Part shown: one piece after another, positions 1-5,755 of the stretch
How positions within the stretch are numbered: position 1 is the first letter of the stretch
How the letters are laid out: each line of letters starts with the position of its first letter
Source of the DNA: a virus
Taxonomy: Duplodnaviria; Heunggongvirae; Uroviricota; Caudoviricetes
DNA: 5,755 nt
Virus record (IMG/VR): IMGVR_UViG_2713896790_000009
Reading direction: 5' to 3' (one strand)
Notes under the pieces: generated by a model
The model's database searches: none
What the model was told of the DNA's origin: nothing
What the model saw: the letters and a program-made list of their open reading frames with translations, nothing else
Made by a program: the position numbers and the translations under genes

Positions 1-1399
<1,399 letters not shown>

Positions 1400-1418
1400 A
1401 TTTTATAACCCCAATACG

Positions 1419-1442
1419 GGCGTCAGAAATGACGCCTTTTTT
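1419..1442 (+). terminator. Rho-independent terminator downstream of J
   Basis: Perfect inverted repeat GGCGTCA (1419-1425) / TGACGCC (1430-1436) around loop GAAA, followed by TTTTTT (1437-1442), 20 nt after the J stop codon. Confidence 0.7.
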
Positions 1443-1466
1443 ATTGCAGAAAAGCGAGAGGTAATT

Positions 1467-1984
1467 ATGCGTAAATTATGTGCTGTTATTCTGTCCGCAG
1501 TAGTCTGGCTGGTTGCCGCTGGTACGCCAGCGAGCGCAGCAGAGCATCAGTCCACACTAAGCGCCGGGTATCTTCAGGCCCATACTGATATGCCAGGCAG
1601 TGATGACCTGAAGGGCATTAACGTGAAATACCGTTATGAATTTACGGACACGCTGGGGCTGGTGACGTCATTCAGTTATGCCAATGCCAAAGATGAGCAA
1701 AAAACGCATTACAGCGATACCCGCTGGCATGAAGATTCAGTGCGTAACCGCTGGTTCAGCATGATGGCGGGGCCATCTGTACGCGTGAATGAATGGTTCA
1801 GTGCTTATGCGATGGCAGGTGTGGCTTACAGCCGTGTTTCGACGTTCTCCGGGGATTATCTCCGCGTAACTGACAACAAGGGGAAAACGCACGATGTGCT
1901 GACCGGNNNNNNNNNNNNNNNNNNNNNNNNNNNNNNNNNNNNNNNNNNNNNNNNNNCATCGTGGGTGTCGGTTATAAGTTCTGA
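1467..1984 (+). CDS. lom: Lom outer-membrane protein (Ail/Lom family beta-barrel, lysogenic-conversion moron); contains a 50-N gap at 1907-1956
   Basis: ATG at 1467 preceded by SD GAGAGG (1456-1461). Translation MRKLCAVILSAVVWLVAAGTPASA|AEHQSTLSAGYLQAHTDMPGSDDLKGINVKYRYEFTDTLGLVTSFSYA...YSDTRWHEDSVRNRWFSMMAGPSVRVNEWFSAYAMAGVAYSRVSTFSGDYLRVTDNKGKTHDVLTG closely matches lambda Lom as I recall it, including a signal peptide with an ASA-type cleavage site. After the gap the sequence reads ..IVGVGYKF* (stop TGA 1982-1984), the conserved Lom C-terminus with terminal Phe. The track's ending SWVSVISSD (to 1988) is a gap-induced frame artefact. Confidence 0.85.
1907..1956. other. Run of 50 N (assembly gap or masked bases) inside lom
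   Basis: Exactly 50 N. About 131 nt (44 codons) are expected here from lambda Lom, so the gap is not length-true. Confidence 0.9.
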
Positions 1985-2010
1985 TTAGCCAGGTAACACA
2001 GTGTTATGAC

Positions 2011-2038
2011 AGCCCGCCGGTTCAGGCGGGCTTTTTTG
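2011..2038 (+). terminator. Rho-independent terminator downstream of lom
   Basis: Stem AGCCCGCC (2011-2018) / GGCGGGCT (2025-2032), loop GGTTCA, followed by TTTTTT (2033-2038). Confidence 0.7.
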
Positions 2039-2048
2039 TGGAGTGGAT

Positions 2049-4424
2049 ATGGCAGCAGTAAAAATCTCAGGTGTGCTGAAAGATGGTGCGGGAAAACCAA
2101 TACAGAACTGCACTATTCAACTGAAGGCAAAGCGTAACAGCACCACGGTACTGGTGAACACGGTGGCCTCTGAAAATCCGGATGAAGCCGGGCGTTACAG
2201 CATGGATGTTGAGTATGGTCAGTACAGCGTCACCCTGCTGGTTGAAGGTTTTCCGCCTTCACATGCCGGGACCATTACCGTCTATGAAGGTTCCAGACCA
2301 GGTACGCTGAATGATTTTCTCGGTGCCATGACGGAAGATGATGTCATGCCGGAGGCATTGCGTCGTTTTGAGGAAATGGTGGAAGAAGCGGCACGCAACG
2401 CTGAAGCCGCCTCTCAGAGCGCAGCGGCGGCAAAGAAATCCGAAACTGCAGCGGCATCATCGAAGAACGCGGCGAAAACCTCAGAAACGAATGCAGCTAA
2501 CAGCGCACAGGCGGCAGCGGCCTCGCAGACTGCATCGGCAAACTCCGCAACAGCAGCTAAAAAATCAGAAACCAACGCGAAAAATAGCGAGACAGCCGCA
2601 AAGACGAGCGAAACCAACGCAAAGTCCAGCCAGACGGCAGCGAAGACCAGCGAAACGAATGCCAAAGCCAGTGAAACTGCGGCAAAAAACAGCCAGGTTG
2701 CAGCAGCCCAAAGCGAGAGCGCGGCAGCCGGTTCTGCGACTTCAGCAGCTGGATCAGCAACTGCTACGGCTAACAGCCAGAAAGCTGCGAAGACGAGTGA
2801 AACTAACGCAAAGTCCAGCCAGACGGCAGCGAAGACCAGCGAAACGAATGCCAAAGCCAGTGAAACTGCGGCGAAAAGCAGTCAGGATGCAGCGGCTCAA
2901 AGCGAGAGTGCCGCAGCCAGTTCTGCAAGCGCGGCGGCTGCTTCTGCCACTGCATCAGCTAACAGTCAAAAAGCAGCAAAAACCAGTGAAACCAACGCAA
3001 AGGTGAGCGAAACAGCGGCAGCGAACTCAGCGAAAGCATCGGCAGCAAGCCAGACGGCAGCTAAAGCAAGCGAAGATGCAGCCAGAGAGTACGCAAGCCA
3101 GGCTGCGGAGCCGTATAAATATGTCTTACAGCCGCTGCCTGATGTGTGGATACCATTTAACGATTCGCTGGATATGATTACGGGCTTTTCGCCGTCATAT
3201 AAAAAAATTGTTATTGGTGACGATGAAATAACGATGCCTGGCGACAAGATTGTTAAGTTTAAACGTGCATCGAAAGCAACCTATATTAACAAATCTGGTG
3301 TGCTGACAGAGGCTGCCATTGACGAGCCACGATTTGAACGTGATGGCCTGCTTATTGAGGGGCAAAGAACAAACTACATGCTCAATTCGGAAAGCCCTGC
3401 CAGTTGGGGGCGATCTTCAAATATGGATGTGCCCGAAACAGGGACGGATAATTTTGGTTTTACCTATGGAAAGTTTGTCTGCAACGATTCTCTGATTGGG
3501 CAAACCTCAGCCATTAATATGGCATCAATTGCTGCAACAAAGTCAGTTGATGTCTCAGGCGATAATAAACACGTGACAACCTCATGTCGTTTTAAAACAG
3601 AACTGCAGGTAAGGTTGCGTATCCGGTTTGATAAATATGACGGTAGCGCAACAACTTTTCTTGGTGATGCGTATATTGATACACAAACGCTTGAAATTAA
3701 TATGACAGGCGGTGCTGCCTCAAGGATTACAGCGAGAGTCAGAAAGGACGAAGCTACCGGATGGATTTTTGCAGAGGCAACAATTCAGGCAATTGATGGG
3801 GAGCTAAAAATAGGCTCTCAGATACAGTATTCTCCTAAGCAGAGCGGGGCAACCGTATCTGGTGACTATATTTATCTGGCCACCCCACAAGTAGAAGATG
3901 GGCCTTGTGTATCATCTTTTATTATATCAGGAGCGACGGCGGCGACCCGCGCAAGCGATATAGTTACAGTTCCAATTAAGAATAATCTTTATAATCTTCC
4001 TTTTACGGTTCTTTGTGAGGTACATAAGAACTGGTATAAAACGCCAAATGCAGCGCCACGTGTTTTTGATACCGGCGGTCATCAAACCGGAGCGGCTATT
4101 ATTCTTGGCTTCGGTCGTTCAACAGATTACGACGGATTTCCTTATTGCGATATTGGAGGAGCTAACAGACGGGTAAACGAAAACGCATCGCTTGAAAAAA
4201 TGGTTATGGGGATGCGTGTAAAGTCAGAGCAGTCTACGTGCTCAGTAAGTAACGGGCATATATCCAGCGAAACAAAAACCACATGGTCCTGTATTCAGAA
4301 CACCGCAATTATCCGTATTGGAGGCCAGACTACAGCCGGGTTACGTCATTTATTTGGTCATGTCAGGAATTTCAGAATATGGCACAAGGCATTGACTGAT
4401 GCTCAGGTGGGGGAGTCAATCTAA
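2049..4424 (+). CDS. stf: Side tail fibre protein (Stf-like), mosaic: lambda-Stf-like N-terminal anchor, Ala/Ser/Thr/Lys-rich repetitive shaft, divergent C-terminal putative receptor-binding domain (possibly LamG/concanavalin-like jelly roll)
   Basis: ATG at 2049 with GGAG (2040-2043) upstream; the track's GTG at 2043 is a less likely start. Translation from 2049, MAAVKISGVLKDGAGKPIQNCTIQLKAKRNSTTVLVNTVASENPDEAGRYSMDVEYGQYSVTLLVEGFPPSHAGTITVYEGSRPGTLNDFLGAMTEDD, matches the lambda Stf N-terminus as I recall it. A single uninterrupted ORF ends at TAA 4422-4424. The C-terminal motif FGHVRNFRIWHKALTDAQV resembles the C-terminal strand signature of LamG-like domains; this is from memory and not verified. 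Confidence 0.85.
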   Translation: MAAVKISGVLKDGAGKPIQNCTIQLKAKRNSTTVLVNTVASENPDEAGRYSMDVEYGQYSVTLLVEGFPPSHAGTITVYEGSRPGTLNDFLGAMTEDDVMPEALRRFEEMVEEAARNAEAASQSAAAAKKSETAAASSKNAAKTSETNAANSAQAAAASQTASANSATAAKKSETNAKNSETAAKTSETNAKSSQTAAKTSETNAKASETAAKNSQVAAAQSESAAAGSATSAAGSATATANSQKAAKTSETNAKSSQTAAKTSETNAKASETAAKSSQDAAAQSESAAASSASAAAASATASANSQKAAKTSETNAKVSETAAANSAKASAASQTAAKASEDAAREYASQAAEPYKYVLQPLPDVWIPFNDSLDMITGFSPSYKKIVIGDDEITMPGDKIVKFKRASKATYINKSGVLTEAAIDEPRFERDGLLIEGQRTNYMLNSESPASWGRSSNMDVPETGTDNFGFTYGKFVCNDSLIGQTSAINMASIAATKSVDVSGDNKHVTTSCRFKTELQVRLRIRFDKYDGSATTFLGDAYIDTQTLEINMTGGAASRITARVRKDEATGWIFAEATIQAIDGELKIGSQIQYSPKQSGATVSGDYIYLATPQVEDGPCVSSFIISGATAATRASDIVTVPIKNNLYNLPFTVLCEVHKNWYKTPNAAPRVFDTGGHQTGAAIILGFGRSTDYDGFPYCDIGGANRRVNENASLEKMVMGMRVKSEQSTCSVSNGHISSETKTTWSCIQNTAIIRIGGQTTAGLRHLFGHVRNFRIWHKALTDAQVGESI
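2427..3080 (+). repeat. In-frame coding tandem repeats in the stf shaft region (about 33-bp AAKTSETNAKxSx-type sub-repeats; 189-bp tandem duplication)
   Basis: Copy 1 at about 2600-2788 and copy 2 at about 2789-2977 are offset by exactly 189 bp (63 codons), with a 68-bp perfectly identical core (2616-2683 = 2805-2872). A partial third copy starts near 2978. Encoded motif AAKTSETNAKSSQTAAKTSETNAKASETAAK recurs. Confidence 0.85.
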
Positions 4425-4705
4425 TGAAAGATTTAACACTCAAATTTGCCGACAGGGCCGACTTTTCGGCCTTTATGGATAGCACTGGCTATTATGATGA
4501 CGAGTCGATGCAGGATGATATTCTTATTGACGTGATAGGTAACGTGTACAAAGAAACCGGAGAACTGACTGAAGATGGCGAACCGGTATGTGTTAAGGAA
4601 GACGGATATTTTGTAAACGTGCGCATCATTAATGATTCGCAAATATCGTCATTATTCGATGAATACGTGGTTGCTGTTGAGCATCAACTTCGTGGCTGGA
4701 TGTGA
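4424..4705 (+). CDS. Hypothetical acidic 93-aa protein, translationally coupled to stf; candidate tail-fibre chaperone/assembly factor of unrecognised family
   Basis: ATG at 4424 overlaps the stf stop (TAATG), with GGGGGAG (4410-4416) upstream. ORF MKDLTLKFADRADFSAFMDSTGYYDDESMQDDILIDVIGNVYKETGELTEDGEPVCVKEDGYFVNVRIINDSQISSLFDEYVVAVEHQLRGWM is rich in Asp/Glu. It has no resemblance I can recognise to lambda Tfa; the function is inferred from position only. Confidence 0.6.
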   Translation: MKDLTLKFADRADFSAFMDSTGYYDDESMQDDILIDVIGNVYKETGELTEDGEPVCVKEDGYFVNVRIINDSQISSLFDEYVVAVEHQLRGWM

Positions 4706-4714
4706 GGAAGAAAA

Positions 4715-5755
4715 ATGGCTACATCGACAGTAATTCCTGATGACATCAAAACGCTAAAATCCGACGTTAGCAAATTAAAAAACGATCAAGGAAGCTACGC
4801 AACAAAATTATATGTAGACAGCAAAGATGAAATCGTTGGTGACTGGTCTGCTTCATGGTATCAGCAGGTATTGCCAACTAGCGGAGCTATATTTGGGAGA
4901 AAACTCCGCTCAACTCACAGGACGGCAGGTGTTGAGGATGCGTATTGCGAACTATACCTCAAAAAATGGATAGACAGTCCAGGTAACGCAATGGCGCGCC
5001 TTAACCTGAACGATAACGGGACAAACATTTGCTGGGACTTTACCAACCTTTATGGCGGTACGATGATTTTTCCCGGTGACAGCGGATACCTCAAAATGGG
5101 TAACTGCCTTATGTCATACAGCAAGCGTGGAAGTAACGCGCTTATTAAATTTGATTACACCGACACATTACAGATCAAATATGCCAATCATGGGTCAACC
5201 ATGACATTAAACACACAGGGAACCGCTTATGCTGGTGTTACTGCTCAATTGTGGGGCAACACCAGCCGTCCTGTTGTTTATGAAGTCGGTGTTGATGGTG
5301 GCGCTTATATGTTCTATGCGCAGAAAAATACCGATAACACCTATATGTTAAGCGTTAATGGTGCATGTCATGCCACCGCATTTAACCAGCATTCCGACCG
5401 GGATCTGAAAGACAACATTCAGGTGATCGATAATGCAACCGACCGCATCCGTAAAATGAACGGCTATACATACACGCTTAAAGAAAACGGTATGCCCTAT
5501 GCTGGTGTCATTGCACAGGAAGCTCTGGAAGCAATCCCAGAAGTTGTAGGTTCCGCAATGAAATATCAGGACGGTGCGAGCGGATCGGAAGGTGAAGAAG
5601 GTGAACGTTATTACACAGTAGATTATTCTGGTGTTACTGGCTTGCTTGTTCAGGTAGCCAGAGAGTCAGACGACAGAATAACAGCACTGGAAGAAGAAAA
5701 CGCAGAATTAAGACAAAGATTATCTGCAATTGAGGCGGCGCTTGCGTCTAAATAA
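4715..5755 (+). CDS. Tail fibre/tailspike-like protein with a C-terminal intramolecular-chaperone autoproteolytic domain (peptidase S74-like)
   Basis: ATG at 4715 with SD GAGGAAG (4704-4710); stop TAA 5753-5755. The C-terminal region HSDRDLKDNIQVIDNATDRIRKMNGYTYTL...YAGVIAQEALEAIPEVV...YYTVDYSGVTGLLVQVARE...ITALEEENAELRQRLSAIEAALASK carries the S-D-x-x-x-K-x-N-I signature with Ser227/Lys232 spacing and a terminal predicted coiled coil, as in the endosialidase and T5 L-shaped-fibre chaperone domains. The N-terminal 226 aa are unrecognised. Confidence 0.7.
   Translation: MATSTVIPDDIKTLKSDVSKLKNDQGSYATKLYVDSKDEIVGDWSASWYQQVLPTSGAIFGRKLRSTHRTAGVEDAYCELYLKKWIDSPGNAMARLNLNDNGTNICWDFTNLYGGTMIFPGDSGYLKMGNCLMSYSKRGSNALIKFDYTDTLQIKYANHGSTMTLNTQGTAYAGVTAQLWGNTSRPVVYEVGVDGGAYMFYAQKNTDNTYMLSVNGACHATAFNQHSDRDLKDNIQVIDNATDRIRKMNGYTYTLKENGMPYAGVIAQEALEAIPEVVGSAMKYQDGASGSEGEEGERYYTVDYSGVTGLLVQVARESDDRITALEEENAELRQRLSAIEAALASK

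Noticed and set aside
1443-1466. Dedicated promoter for lom between the J terminator and the lom start
   Set aside because: Only about 24 nt are available and I could not find a convincing -35/-10 pair with proper spacing. Any lom promoter more likely lies within the J 3' end and cannot be assigned by eye.
2414-2854. 146-aa antisense ORF (Ala/Phe/Val-rich, looks hydrophobic or membrane-like) opposite the stf repeats
   Set aside because: It is the reverse complement of the Ala/Lys/Ser/Thr repeat codons, and its internal repetition is inherited from the 189-bp tandem duplication. The same applies to the minus-strand ORFs 2557-2760 and 2966-3247.
2338-3006. 222-aa Arg/Gln/Lys-rich ORF on the + strand in an alternative frame within stf
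   Set aside because: It lies wholly inside the GC-rich Ala-codon repeat region of stf, where the absence of stop codons in other frames is expected. There is no RBS, and the composition simply mirrors GCN/CAG repeats read out of frame.
2427-3080. Possible CRISPR array or non-coding repeat
   Set aside because: The repeats are in-frame, imperfect and coding, inside a continuous fibre ORF, with no spacer/repeat alternation of CRISPR type.
3200-3207. A7 homopolymer in stf (codons TAT AAA AAA ATT) as a slipped-strand phase-variation switch
   Set aside because: The tract is short and no alternative frame product is evident; noted only as a potential sequencing-error hotspot.
3100-4424. Invertible (Gin/Pin/Cin-type) tail-fibre segment or DGR variable region at the stf tip
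   Set aside because: I found no inverted crossover sites flanking the stf 3' region, no invertase or reverse-transcriptase gene, no template repeat in the window, and no minus-strand alternative fibre tip.
4433-4642. 69-aa antisense ORF opposite orf93
   Set aside because: Small, antisense to a coupled gene in a unidirectional operon, with no RBS; most likely spurious.

Overview
This window reads as the distal tail-fibre / host-range end of a lambda-like (lambdoid) siphovirus or prophage of an enterobacterial host, with every real gene on the + strand. In order: the 3' part of the host-specificity gene J (1-1399), a terminator, the Ail/Lom-family outer-membrane moron lom (1467-1984), a second terminator, a mosaic side tail fibre gene stf (2049-4424), a translationally coupled 93-aa acidic ORF (4424-4705), and a 346-aa fibre-like ORF with a C-terminal self-cleaving intramolecular-chaperone domain (4715-5755). 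J carries an in-frame TAG at 214-216, and two 50-N runs (813-862, 1907-1956) sit inside J and lom and shift the provided ORF track's frames. The most interesting part is the AT-richer 3' cassette from about 3110 to 5755 (stf tip, orf93, orf346), which looks like an exchanged host-range module with no canonical Tfa. All homology statements come from my memory of lambda J, Lom and Stf and of the endosialidase/T5 chaperone family; no database search was run.
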